From positions 1 through 60,925 of the forward strand of contig JAUCBJ010001581.1 in the NCBI GenBank assembly GCA_032718475.1: 60,925 nt of DNA, in the 5' to 3' direction. Source of the stretch: Nemertoderma westbladi (lineage: Eukaryota > Animalia > Xenacoelomorpha). A program made the position numbers and the translations under genes. This document shows, one piece after another, positions 1-11,917 of this stretch (position 1 is the first letter of the stretch; each line of letters starts with the position of its first letter). The notes below the pieces were generated by a model that worked only from the letters and a program-made list of their open reading frames with translations, ran no database searches and was not told the DNA's origin.

Positions 1-740
1 TTAGATCCTAGACACGAACTTAGACCCTGGAAGTGTGTGAAATTAGATCCTAGATCCAAACTTAGATCCTGGAAGCGAGCATCCTAGATACGAACTTAGA
101 TCCGAAAGCAACGTGAACATAGATCCTAGATGTGAACATAGATCCTGGAAGCGAACTTAAAACTAGATTAGATCCTGAAAGCTAACAGATCTTAGATGTG
201 AACTTAGATCCTGGAAGCGAACTTAGATCCTAGATATGACCTTAGATCCTGAAAGCGAACTTAGATCCTAGATATTAACTTAGATCTTGGAAGCGAACTT
301 AGATCCTGGAAGCGAACTTAGATCCTGGAAGCGAACTTAGATCCTAGATACGAACTTAGATCCGAAAGCAACGTGAACATAGATCCTAGATGTGAACATA
401 GATCCTGGAAGCGAACTTAAAACTAGATTAGATCCTGAAAGCTAACAGATCTTAGATGTGAACTTAGATCCTGGAAGGGAACTTAGATCCTAGATATGAA
501 CTTAGATCCTGAAAGCGAACTTAGATCCTAGATATGAACTTAGATCCTGGAAGCAAACTTATATCCTAGATATGATCTTAGATTCTGGAAGCGAACTTAG
601 ATCTTGGAAGCAACACGATCTCGGATACTACTGTAGATGTGAACATAGATCCTATACACGAACTTAAATCGTAGATGCGAACTTAGATCCTGGAAACGAA
701 CTTAGATCCTAAGCACGAACTTAATCCTGGAAACGACTAC
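1..740. repeat. Degenerate ~19-bp minisatellite (GAACTTAGATCCTRGAWRY) with a ~260-bp higher-order duplication
   Basis: Alternating units gaacttagatcctagatat / gaacttagatcctggaagc. The block starting cctagatacgaacttagatccgaaagcaacgtg occurs at ~83 and ~343. Confidence 0.9.
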
Positions 741-753
741 TGAATCATATTGA

Positions 754-1135
754 TCGAGCCGAATAGAACTTATCAAGCCGAGTCGAGCCCAATCAAGCCG
801 GATGAGCCCAATCGAGCCAGACCGAGCCGAATAGCCCAATGAGTCGAGTCGAGTCCAATCAAGCCTTGTCGAGCCCAATTGAACCGGACCGAGCCGAGTT
901 GAGCCCAATCGATCAGAGTCGCGCCCAATCGAGCCGAGTCAAGCCAAGTCGAGCAGATTCAGCCGAGTCGAGCCCAATTGAGCCAGACCGAGCCGATTCA
1001 AGCCGAATCGAGCCTATTTAACCGAATCGAGTCGGACCGAGCCGAGTCGATCCCAATCGAGTCGAGCCATGGCCTACTTAAATATTATATTTAAGTAGGC
1101 CATGGTCGAGACCAATCGAGCCGAACCGAGCCAAT
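754..1135. repeat. Degenerate (GAGCC)n pentanucleotide array
   Basis: Interspersed gagcc/gagtc/caatc pentamers. Confidence 0.85.
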
Positions 1136-2298
1136 CGTTGTCTCTTTTATTTGAAATAAAAAGTCGGTTCCTTATCGGGCCGCTAGGCCCGTCACTAGTT
1201 AGGAACCGAGAGGTTCATTACTGTAAGAATTGCTTGTGCTGACTGACTGGCTGACTGACTGATCTACAGCCAAAACTACTCTAACGATTTTGATGAAATT
1301 TTCACAGCGGCTAGGTACCGCGATTCTAAGGTCCCTGGTATGTTCCGCTATTTCGTCCATGAGCCGTGGGCTCGAAAAATAGACATAAACGAAAAAACGC
1401 CATAGGCGCAATGATAAAAACACCAGCTGGCACTCATGAAAAATGGATAGAGATAGCCTAGTAATGCTATTCTATAGGAATGGCCACCTAACAAGGAAAT
1501 GCTTTCTGTGCCAAGTATTATCCTCACTCTACCTACAACTCAGACAGTAAGCAAACAAAAGCCGTGGGATTCTAATGTATTACATCATAAGCTGATTGCT
1601 CTCCCAATAGCCCTCACACACTCACTGAATCGAATGAAATCGAATATCTATTAGCTTAATGCGAATAGCTGGTAAGCTGAATGCCATTTTAGTTATTGTG
1701 TAGGCCTACTACTGTTGACTGTAGAGTTGACTGCTATGTTGTATGTATTTAATTAAAAGAATTTTCGTAGAGGGAAGTTAATTTGGGATTACTTTCTATC
1801 AGATGTAAGCAAAGCTGTTCAATGGGGTGGGTCATGGGACCCAAATATAGTACATTATGCATGGCAAACATTAATAAAATCATTCAGTCAACCTGGAGGG
1901 TATTTGCTTAGTTAACTCTACTGTGCGAAAAACGAATTTATAATGTTACCCATACTTCAGGTGAATGAATTTTTAGATATTTGTACTGAAGGCAACGATT
2001 TCTGATATAATTAAAATACAAGACAGGGGCTTGTTTCGATATATGTAGTTGCGCCCTTCTAGCAGCACGTGAGATTGTCAAATAATAGACACAATGTTTG
2101 ACTTTGTCCCTTCGAGCAGCACGTGAGTTTTGCTTTGACCCTTCGATATATGTATTTGCGCCCTTCGAGCAGCACGTGAATTACATCAAATAATAGACAC
2201 ATTGTTTGACTTTGTCCCTTCGAGCAGCACGTGAGTTTTGCTTTGACCCTTCGATATATGTATTTGCGCCCTTCGAGCAGCACAGGGAGTCGACTCAG
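1136..2298 (+). mobile_element. Copy 1 of a ~1.16-kb duplicated unit with a Helentron/DINE-1(HINE)-like head
   Basis: Nearly identical to 2895-4049. The head has inverted repeats tcggttcct...aggaaccga enclosing the hairpin cgggcc-gcta-ggcccg, followed by a (CTGA)n microsatellite and cgattttgatgaaattttcacag. The tail has repeated cccttcgagcagcacgtga motifs. The duplication is seen directly; the family assignment is inference. Confidence 0.6.
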
Positions 2299-2894
2299 AC
2301 CGAACCAAGCCGAGCCGAGCCGAGCCGAGCCGAGCCGAGCCGAGCCGAGCCGAGCCGAGCCGAGCCGAGCCAAGCCGAGCCGAGCCGAGCCAGGCCGAGC
2401 CAAGCCGAGCCGAGCCAGCCGAGCCGAGCCGAGCCGAGCCGAGCCGAGCCGAGCCGAGCCGAGCCGAGCCGAGCCGAGCCGAGCCGAGCCGAGCCGAGCC
2501 GAGCCGAGCCGAGCAGAGCCGAGCCGAGCCGAGCCAAGCCGAGCCGAGCCAGGCCGAGCCAAGCCGAGCCGAGCCGAGCCGAGCCGAGCCGAGCCGAGCC
2601 GAGCCGAGCCGAGCCGAGCCGAGCCGAGCCGAGCCGAGCTTAGCCGAGCCGAGCCGAGCCGAGCCGAGCCGAGCCGAGCCGAGCCGAGCCGAGCCGAGCC
2701 GAGCCGAGCCGAGCCGAGCCGAGCCGAGCCGAGCCGAGCCGAGCCGAGCCGAACCAAGCCGAGCCGAGCCGAGCCGAGCCGAGCCGAGCCGAGCCGAGCC
2801 GAGCCGAGCCGAGCCGAGCCTAATCGAGCCAAACCGAGCCGATCAAGCCAAGTCGAACTTAATCGTGCCCAATCGTGCAAGACCGAGCCGAGCT
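2299..2894. repeat. (GAGCC)n microsatellite
   Basis: Long, nearly pure gagcc run. It explains the SRAEP/ARLGS pseudo-ORFs. Confidence 0.97.
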
Positions 2895-4049
2895 CGTTGT
2901 CTCTTTTATTTGAAATAAAAAGTCGGTTCCTTATCGGGCCGCTAGGCCCGTCACTAGTTAGGAACCGAGAGGTTCATTACTGTAAGAATTGTTGGCTGAT
3001 TGACTGGCTGACTGGCTGGTTAATCTATAGCCAAAACTACTCTAACGATTTTGATGAAATTTTCACAGCGGCTGGCTGACCGGATTCTAAGGTCCCTGGT
3101 ATGTTCCGCTATTTCGTCCATGAGCCGTGGGCTCGAAAAATAGACATAAACGAAAAAACGCCATAGGCGCAATGATAAAAACACCAGCTGGCACTCATGA
3201 AAAATGGATAGAGATAGCCTAGTAATGCTATTCTATAGGAATGGCCACCTAACAAGGAAATGCTTTCTCTGCCAAGTATTATCCTCACTCTACAACTCAG
3301 ACAGTAAGCAAACAAAAGCCGTGGGATTCTAATGTATTACATCATAAGCTGATTGCTCTCCCAATAGCCCTCACACACTCAATGAATCGAATGAAATCGA
3401 ATATCTATTAGCTTAATGCGAATAGCTGGTAAGCTGAATTACATTTTAGTTATTGCGTACTGTTGATTGCAGAGTTGTCTGCTATGTTGTATGTATTTAA
3501 TTAAAATAATTTTCGTAGAGGGAAGTTAATTTGGGATTACTCTCTATCAGATGTAAGCAAAGCTGTTCAATGGGGTGGGCCATGGGACCCAAATATAGTA
3601 CATTATGCATGGCAAACATTAATAAAATCATTCAGTCAACCTGAATGGTATTTGCTTTAGTTAACTACTGTGTGTGAAAAGCGAATTTATAATGTTACCC
3701 ATACTTCAGGTAAATTAATTTTTAGATATTTTGTACTGAAGGCAAGGATTTCTGTTATAATTAAAATACAAGACAGGGGCTTGTTTCGATATATGTAGTT
3801 GCGCCCTTCGAGCAGCACGTGAGTTAATCAAATATTAGACACAATGTTTGACTTTGTCACTTCGAGCAGCACGTGAGTTTGGCTTTGACCCTTCGATATA
3901 ATGTATTTGCGCCTTTCGAGCAGCGCGTGAGTTACATCAAATAATAGACACACTGTTTGACTTTGTCCCTTCGAGCAGCACGTGAGTTTTGCTTTGACCC
4001 TTCGATATATGTATTTGCGCCCTTCGAGCAGCACAGGGAGTCGACTCAG
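2895..4049 (+). mobile_element. Copy 2 of the ~1.16-kb duplicated HINE-like unit
   Basis: Direct repeat of 1136-2298 (offset ~1759 bp) with scattered substitutions and indels. Confidence 0.6.
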
Positions 4050-4433
4050 ACCGAGCCAAGCCGAGCCAAGCCGAGCCAAGCCGAGCCGAGCCGAGCCGAG
4101 CCGAGCCGAGCCGAGCCGAGCCGAGCCGAGCCGAGCCGAGCCGAGCCGAGCCGAGCCGAGCCGAGCCGAGCCGAGCCAAGCCGTGCCGAGCCAAGCCGAG
4201 CCGAGCCAAGCCGAGCCGAGCCGAGCCGAGCCAAGCCGAGCCAAGCCGAGCTGAGCCGAGCCGAGCCGAGCCGAGCCAAGCTGAGCCGAGCCAAGCCGAG
4301 CCGAGCCGAGCCGAGCCGAGCCGAGCCAAGCCGTGCCGAGCCAAGCCGAGCCGAGCCGAGCCGAGCCAAGCCGAGCCAAGCCGAGCTGAGCTGAGCCGAG
4401 CCGAGCCGAGCCGAGCCAAGCTGAGCCGAGCCA
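4050..4433. repeat. (GAGCC)n microsatellite
   Basis: gagcc/aagcc pentamer run. Confidence 0.97.
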
Positions 4434-4453
4434 ATATCCGTATCCGTATCCGT

Positions 4454-4900
4454 ATGTATCAGGAATCCGATATGAGTGAAGAAAAGGTGAGATTATTACA
4501 AAGTATGGGAGCAGTTGAGCAGCCTGAGTTTTTGAAACGAGTCCTGGAATTTATTAACAGCTCGGATGTTCGTTTGCAAGATATCGATTATGGATTATCT
4601 GGCTGCACTGGCTCTCTCACTGGACAGCAGTTGGTAACCGACTATGTGAAGAATAACTGGGATAAATTGTTTGAGCGTACTGGAAAAGGCTTCATTATGC
4701 GACGCATAATTTCTACTGCCTTCAAAAATCTAGCCTCTGCGTGGGATGCGGATGAAATTGCAGCTTTTTTTGTTGCAAATCCAACGTCATCCATGGTGAA
4801 GTTAATTAATCAATGCCTCGAATCCATTCGTCTTCGTAGCCAATGGCTTCAACGAGATCTGGAGGAGGTCAGATCCTTCTTATCTAGTGGATTTCATTAA
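4454..4900 (+). CDS. NPEPPS: C-terminal (ERAP1_C-type) part of a puromycin-sensitive M1 aminopeptidase; last exon or orphan fragment
   Basis: MYQESDMSEEKVRL...VRLQD...VKNNWDKLFER...GFIMRRII...INQCLESIRLRSQWLQRD matches the PSA C-terminus pattern (LHKQADMQEEKNRI...VRPQD...IKDNWEEL...GFLISRLI...IQQCCENILLNAAWLKRD). No catalytic domain is present in the window. Confidence 0.85.
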   Translation: MYQESDMSEEKVRLLQSMGAVEQPEFLKRVLEFINSSDVRLQDIDYGLSGCTGSLTGQQLVTDYVKNNWDKLFERTGKGFIMRRIISTAFKNLASAWDADEIAAFFVANPTSSMVKLINQCLESIRLRSQWLQRDLEEVRSFLSSGFH

Positions 4901-5202
4901 TTCGCCGAAATACTTAATTTCTTTTAAAACTCGAAAAATGTGATAGAACCTAAATAGATGGTAATGCATAGATGGTAATAGACATGGATAGTTATTCAAT
5001 TGAATTAGTAGTCAAATAGTAAGTAGCCTGATAGCTTTTAAGACTATTTACATGTATATTAGACCATTTAATTCCATCATATCGTATATATTTCTGGTAA
5101 GTTTAAAGTATAAAGTTATAACTGTGGGTGTAGATGCAATTTACATTTGAGTAGTATAGAGAGACAGGATACCAGGACAGTTAGCCCTCATTCACACGTT
5201 TT

Positions 5203-5380
5203 TGTGCCAAGAACACCTAAGGTGTTAATCCTATTGTTAAGGTGTTAATCCCTTAATCTCTTACATCTTTTTCGTGCCAAGAACACCTAAGGTGTTGATC
5301 CTATTGTTAAGGTCTCAATCCTTAATCTCTCACACCATTTCTATGCCAAAACACCTAGTGCATTAATCCTATTGTTCACA
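5203..5380. repeat. ~70-bp tandem repeat, ~2.5 copies (Maverick subterminal)
   Basis: gtgccaagaacacctaaggtgtt(a/g)atcctattgttaaggt is repeated at ~5204 and ~5274, with a degenerate copy at ~5344. Confidence 0.75.
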
Positions 5381-5851
5381 GTGTTATTTCCAATTAGATT
5401 GGCAATAATCTTTTGTATACCTCACACATAAAATTGTAACTAATTTTTTGTTGATACTTATTTCATTTCACAGGTTTAGTAAAGGGCAATCCACTTATAC
5501 ATTCAACAAAACCTAATTTTGTTACTCAACTAATTTTAGTGTCATTAATTCTCTGTTTACTTCAAATACCAATGTATGACTAATCTTTTAGTAATTATTA
5601 TTTCATTTCACAGCTTTTGCAACTAGCAATTCATTCCTACACATTTACATAATTTTTTAAATATAATTTTTTGGTTATTTACTCGTATTTAATTTTTAAA
5701 TTTTTGTTATACTATAGTAAAGATTTTTTAGTAAATTCCACTCATACATAAAACTAAATTTCACTTATAATTTTTGCTTCTACTTTTGGTGAATGCCACA
5801 CATACAACTAAATATATTTTTTTAGACATTCCAAAAAGTAAACTTTTGTTA

Positions 5852-6879
5852 TAACGAACCTGTCTTTAGACTGGGTAGTTTTTGTCTAAAGCTGAGGCCG
5901 GCAAAAACACGATGGATATATTTACCTATATATTTACCTATATCACTATATATGTCACTATGTATGTTCACCAAATGGCTTGAAACCACTTGCATGCATT
6001 GTAAAATTGTAAACGCAAGTATTTATCAATTGTTGTCTAGTTGTTGAATAAAAAAGTTGGGAACGATTCGAAGTGCTATATTCGAAATATTTGCATATTT
6101 TCAACATTATTGAACGCGAAATTAAATACCCACAACTCCCTTGCTTGAAATGTTTTTCAGGTGATTGATATTTAGCAATTATTATGAGGTTACTTACTAC
6201 TGAAATCTGACAGAATGCCAAACGTATTATTATAGTTCTATCTCTATTCAGCCAGTTAGTGTAATGTCAAGCAGTACATCATTTATATATCGTATGTATC
6301 TATAGGGCCTAATTGTCATCGTTATAATACTGTCATCAACTTAGGCTAAGCTCAATTGTAATGCAAAGGCTTAGTAGGTTTTGTATATCTGGGACGTTTA
6401 CAACAGCTGTCGATTAAACTAACACAACCATAAAACTGAACCAGGGTGGCTGCCAGCCGGGTACCAACGGCTGTTGGGTAGACTTAAGGGAACATTTCAC
6501 AAACTTTCATAGGATGCTTGTACATGTACATTATATTGGTTGCTCCGATGTTTTTATTAGGCTAACTGAGAATGTATCAGGTATAAATACTGTAATTATA
6601 GTGTTCTTTATTTTATTTATCTAATACAGAAAAGACCCCTCCGCAGAATAAACTGCTCTTTTGGGCCGTTTCTCAGGTTGCGGATATGGATACCATTTCA
6701 CACATCATCGTAGTAATTGTGATTATGATTTGTTTGCCTAGGCGAATGTGTATTACATTAGATGGGAGGCAGTTTTTTGGTTGATGCAAGTCATTCTTGG
6801 TTTGCATCTTCCAATCCCATCTGTTTCTTGGAGTCTGTGTAAGACAGGTTCGTTTAAAGCCATCTTGATGGCGTTCTAG
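5852..6879 (+). mobile_element. Non-autonomous rolling-circle (Helitron/Helentron-like) insertion
   Basis: Splits a satellite monomer precisely between A and T (ttttgtta|tactagt) with no TSD. It has 14-bp inverted repeats aacgaacctgtctt / aagacaggttcgtt, a 3' hairpin gccatc-tt-gatggc and a terminal CTAG. Confidence 0.75.
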
Positions 6880-8960
6880 TACTAGTAAATATAATTTTTA
6901 GTAAATTTCACTTATAATTGTTGCTTCTACTTTTGACGAATGCCACACATATAACTAAATATATTTTTTAGACATTCCAAAAAGTAAACTTTTGTTATAC
7001 TAGTAAATATCATTTTTAGTAAATTTCACTTATAATTGTTGCTTCTACATTTGGCGAATGCCACACATATAACTAAATATATTTTTTTAGACATTCCAAA
7101 AAGTAAACTTTTGTTATACTAGTAAATATCATTTTTAGTAAATTTCACTTATAATTGTTGCTTCTACTTTTGGCGAATGCCACACATATAACTAAATATA
7201 TTTTTTAGACATTCCAAAAAGTAAACTTTTGTTATACTAGTAAATATCATTTTTAGTAAATTTCACTTATAATTTTTGCTTATACTTTTGACGAATGCCA
7301 CACATACAACTAAATATATTTTTTTAGACATTCCAAAAAATAAACTTTTGTTATACTAGTAAATATAATTTTTAGTAAATTTCACTTATAATTGTTGCTT
7401 CTACTTTTGGCGAATGCCACACATATAACTAAATATATTTTTTAGACATTCCAAAAAGTAAACTTTTGTTATACTAGTAAATATAATTTTTAGTAAATTT
7501 CACTTATAATTGTTGCTTCTACTTTTGGCGAATGCCACACATATAACTAAATATATTTTTTAGACATTCCAAAAAGTAAACTTTTGTTATACTAGTAAAT
7601 ATCATTTTTAGTAAATTTCACTTATAATTGTTGCTTCTACTTTTGGCGAATGCCACACATATAACTAAATATATTTTTTTAGACATTCCAAAAAGTAAAC
7701 TTTTGTTATACTAGTAAATATCATTTTTAGTAAATTTAACTTATAATTGTTGCTTCTACTTTTGGCGAATGCCACACACATATAACTAAATATATTTTTT
7801 AGACATTCCAAAAAGTAAACTTTTGTTATACTAGTAAATATCATTTTTAGTAAATTTCACTTATAATTTTTGCTTATACTTTTGACGAATGCCACACATA
7901 CAACTAAATATATTTTTTTAGACATTCCAAAAAATAAACTTTTGTTATACTAGTAAATATAATTTTTAGTAAATTTCACTTATAATTGTTGCTTCTACTT
8001 TTGGCGAATGCCACACATATAACTAAATATATTTTTTAGACATTCCAAAAAGTAAACTTTTGTTATACTAGTAAATATCATTTTTAGTAAATTTCACTTA
8101 TAATTTTTGCTTATACTTTTGACGAATGCCACACATACAACTAAATATATTTTTTTAGACATTCCAAAAAATAAACTTTTGTTATACTAGTAAATATAAT
8201 TTTTTGTAAATTTCACTCATAATTTATGCATCTCTATTTTGGCGAATGCCACACATATAACTAAATATATTTTTTAGACATTCCAAAAAGTAAACTTTTG
8301 TTATACTAGTAAATATCATTTTTAGTAAATTTCACTTATAATTTTTGCTTATACTTTTGACGAATGCCACACATACAACTAAATATATTTTTTTAGACAT
8401 TCCAAAAAATAAACTTTTGTTATACTAGTAAATATAATTGTTAGTAAATTTCACTTATAATTGTTGCTTCTACTTTTGGCGAATGCCACACATATAACTA
8501 AATATATTTTTTAGACATTCCAAAAAGTAAACTTTTTTTATACTAGTAAATATAATTTTTAGTAAATTTCACTTATAATTGTTGCTTCTACTTTTGGCGA
8601 ATGCCACACATATAACTAAATATATTTTTTAGACATTCCAAAAAGTAAACTTTTGTTATACTAGTAAATATCATTTTTAGTAAATTTCACTTATAATTGT
8701 TGCTTCTACTTTTGGCGAATGCCACACATATAACTAAATATATTTTTTAGACATTCCAAAAAGTAAACTTTTGTTATACTAGTAAATATCATTTTTAGTA
8801 AATTTCACTTATAATTGTTGCTTCTACTTTTGACGAATGCCACACATACAACTAAATATATTTTTTTAGACATTCCAAAAAATAAACTTTTGTTATACTA
8901 GTAAATATAATTTTTTGTAAATTTCACTCATAATTTATGCATCTCTATATTGGCGAATGC
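6880..8960. repeat. 118-119-bp AT-rich satellite, ~17 copies (one more copy at ~5735-5851)
   Basis: Monomer actagtaaatat...gaatgccacacatataactaaat...gacattccaaaaagtaaacttttgttat recurs at 6881, 6999, 7118 and onward. Confidence 0.97.
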
Positions 8961-9638
8961 CTCACAACTAAACAAATTTTTTTGGACATACAAACATAAA
9001 AGCATTACTAACAATGCTTTTGGTTGTATAAAATCTGGCAAATGAAAATACAAATACTGCTTTTTCTTTGATTTATTCAATTTCAATACCATCAAAGGAT
9101 TCACCAATTCTAATACACAATAATGCAAATGCCGCTTTTTCTTTGATATTTTTAATTACAATGCTTTCAACCTAAAGATAATCTCTCGAAACTATGCAAA
9201 ATATTATATTCATAAAATGAATATTTTATAAAAGGTTAAGAAAGAATTATTTCTCCAGTCATTATGGCACCAACAGTCTATTTTTAACCCATTTGTAATG
9301 AAACCTCTCTCAATTGGTCAATTAGATTTCTTGGCTGCATGTTCATTGGTTGTTGCATCTGTTTATTCACATCACTATGCGACCATATACTATATAATAA
9401 AACATCACCACTTTGGATTCAACTTAACTTCATTATAGTATAAATTGTTTCCATAAATTTATTATACATAATTTAATATTATCACACTTGTATTATTCAT
9501 CAACAACTCACTCTCAAGTATTCATCACTTTCAAGTCTTTACTTCAATCTCAACCAAGTTATTCTGCAACAATATCTGAATTATATAAATTGATTTCAAT
9601 AATTATTTTAAATAATTCACAAAAGCTAATTCTCAATC

Positions 9639-11213
9639 ATGGATCTAACAACTAACGAAAATGAGATTTCACTATCTGACAATTCATTTGGGTTCTATTT
9701 CGACACCTCAATCAAAAAATTTCCACTTACTGTCAACACTTTTCGAAATCAATCTATTCGCATTCCTTATCATTATGCTCATTTCATAATGAGAGCCTGT
9801 TATCAGTTGAAAGATGGGGTCTATCAATCTTCAGATGAAGCAATTTACTATCCAACAAAAAATTGCTTCAAGATGCAAAAGATAAAAGATGTTGTATCTT
9901 TCAGTATTCCCTCTATTGAGGAAACTTTCACATTTCCTTCTTCAATTTCTACCTTCATTCGTGAAAACCACGATCATGAAAGTTTTGAAAAATTGCTAGG
10001 GCCATCTACATTGAAAGCTACATTTTCTGTGGATAACTCTCTTTTCGATTTTCATGCAAATACAAAATCAATGGTTCTCCTTGTTTGGAATTACAAACCT
10101 ACAATCAACCAAGATAACAATCACGAATGTAGAATATTCAAAATATATGGTGTGGATATTATTTCTTTATGGAAGAAAATGGATGAGCTAATTTGTATAT
10201 ACGACAAAAACACCGAATTGCATTTTGGTTTTAATTTTCACCATCATCCAACAGTGATCCAGCTTCCTACACTGATACAGTCATAACAGATACCATCAAT
10301 GGAGGTTGGTTACCTATCTCATGTAAAGCTATCAGCCTTCTTCGTCATTACCTCGATGTCTGTCGTCCATTCATCAACGAGCAAATGCATTTTATTCTTC
10401 ATCCTGGCAATTATGTTGCCTTTGACAGTTCAACATTTGGCTACATTACAAATCTCCAACAAGAAAGAAATTGCCTCAGGGATAAAGTCGATGCTGATAA
10501 AAGAAATAATTTCACTTGATGAATCAATATTACTAACTCCAGATGAAGTAAAGTTAACATTTGATGTTGATGATGCAGATGAATTTGACGAATTAAATGA
10601 GATACAACTAATCTCCGACAGAATTCAACTTAACTTCAAGATGCTTTCGAATACTATTGAGTTCAGTGATAGGCTCTTGCATACTGTCTTCACGTTTGAT
10701 AATGAAGATGATTGCGCAAGTGAAGCTTTGAGACAGCTGCGAAATATGCTTACTGATGTTGCTACTTCAAAAGAAATATCTCTTTCATTCAAAGGAGCAA
10801 ACAATGTTGGAATCTGGCCATATAAGCCAAAAGATAATCAATTTAGAACAGTATTATTTACAAATGGTATGAACATCAAGTCAGATTTTTTTCAAAAAGT
10901 TATCCAACAATCTGCAAACCACTCTCAATGTTGCATTGCTCCCCATATTCATATTTGTTAGAAAAATTTCCTAAAGTCCCATAATCAAATTTTGCTTTCA
11001 GCAAATTTTGGTGTTGAGCACTGCATAAATTTCTTAAAACGAAAGATAGACAATGCGATCTATCTTCCCAATCAAAGTCATTTGAATCTGTTTCATCCGA
11101 CTTCCCTCTCAACCTCACCAAAAATGTCTAGCATTTCTCAGGAATTGTTTAAACAAAAATTACCTACCATGTTGCATAAAGGTACAAAGAAAATGAAGCA
11201 TGATGATGATTAG
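9639..11213 (+). pseudogene. Disrupted Maverick accessory ORF of unknown function (probably one ~520-codon gene)
   Basis: ORFs 9639, 10299 and 10992 are in the same frame, separated by single stops. An alternative frame is open over ~10235-10518. No recognisable motif. Confidence 0.5.
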
Positions 11214-11575
11214 CTCTTTTATACTAATTGATGATGATTAAAACTCTTGTGTGTGTAAGGAATATTTATCTATTTTGTGTGACTTTTAATGTGTTTTGTG
11301 CATATTTTATTTCCAAACTATTGATAATGATTAATAATGTTGTGTATAAAAGGAATTTTTTCCACTCAACTTTTTATAATATATTTTTATATGCTTATGA
11401 CAAATGAAAAAAGCAATACACATCTATATACAAACACATCACTATGAATAAATATATGAAACACACACACACACTCACACATACACACACATATATATAT
11501 ATATATATGTATTTACTACAAAAATTTTCTTATCTCTCTCAACACCAACCATACGTGTGTCAGGTGGTTTACCAA

Positions 11576-11873
11576 TAAAAAATTATATTAAATCATATTT
11601 TCTCATAAACATATATAAACCATTCAGTCACTTAAAAATCGCTACTAATTTCTGAAAATTTTCGGGTTTAACGGTTTAACTTTAACGTTTAAATATTGTT
11701 CTCAAGGTTTTCCTCAATTTTAAAATAATTATGGAAAAATAAGATTTTTATTTATTTTTATTTATTTTCGGGTTGCGTTAAACCCGAAAATTTTCAGAAA
11801 ATAATAGCGATTTTTAAGTAACTGAGTGGTTTATATATATTTATGAGAAAATATGATTTAATGTAATTTTTTA
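11576..11873. mobile_element. Foldback/MITE-like inverted repeat with ~97-bp arms
   Basis: taaaaaattatattaaatcatattttctcataa...aattttcgggtttaacg is the near reverse complement of cgttaaacccgaaaatt...ttatgagaaaatatgatttaatgtaatttttta. Confidence 0.8.
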
Positions 11874-11917
11874 TATATATACTAATTAAATTTTATAATA
11901 TTTAAAAATATGAAAAT

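Noticed and set aside
1-740. Telomeric repeat (TTAG-containing) at the window start
   Set aside because: The unit is a degenerate 19-mer, not TTAGG or TTAGGG.
2059-4434. Long SRAEP/ARLGS ORFs
   Set aside because: These are translations of a stop-free (GAGCC)n microsatellite in several frames.
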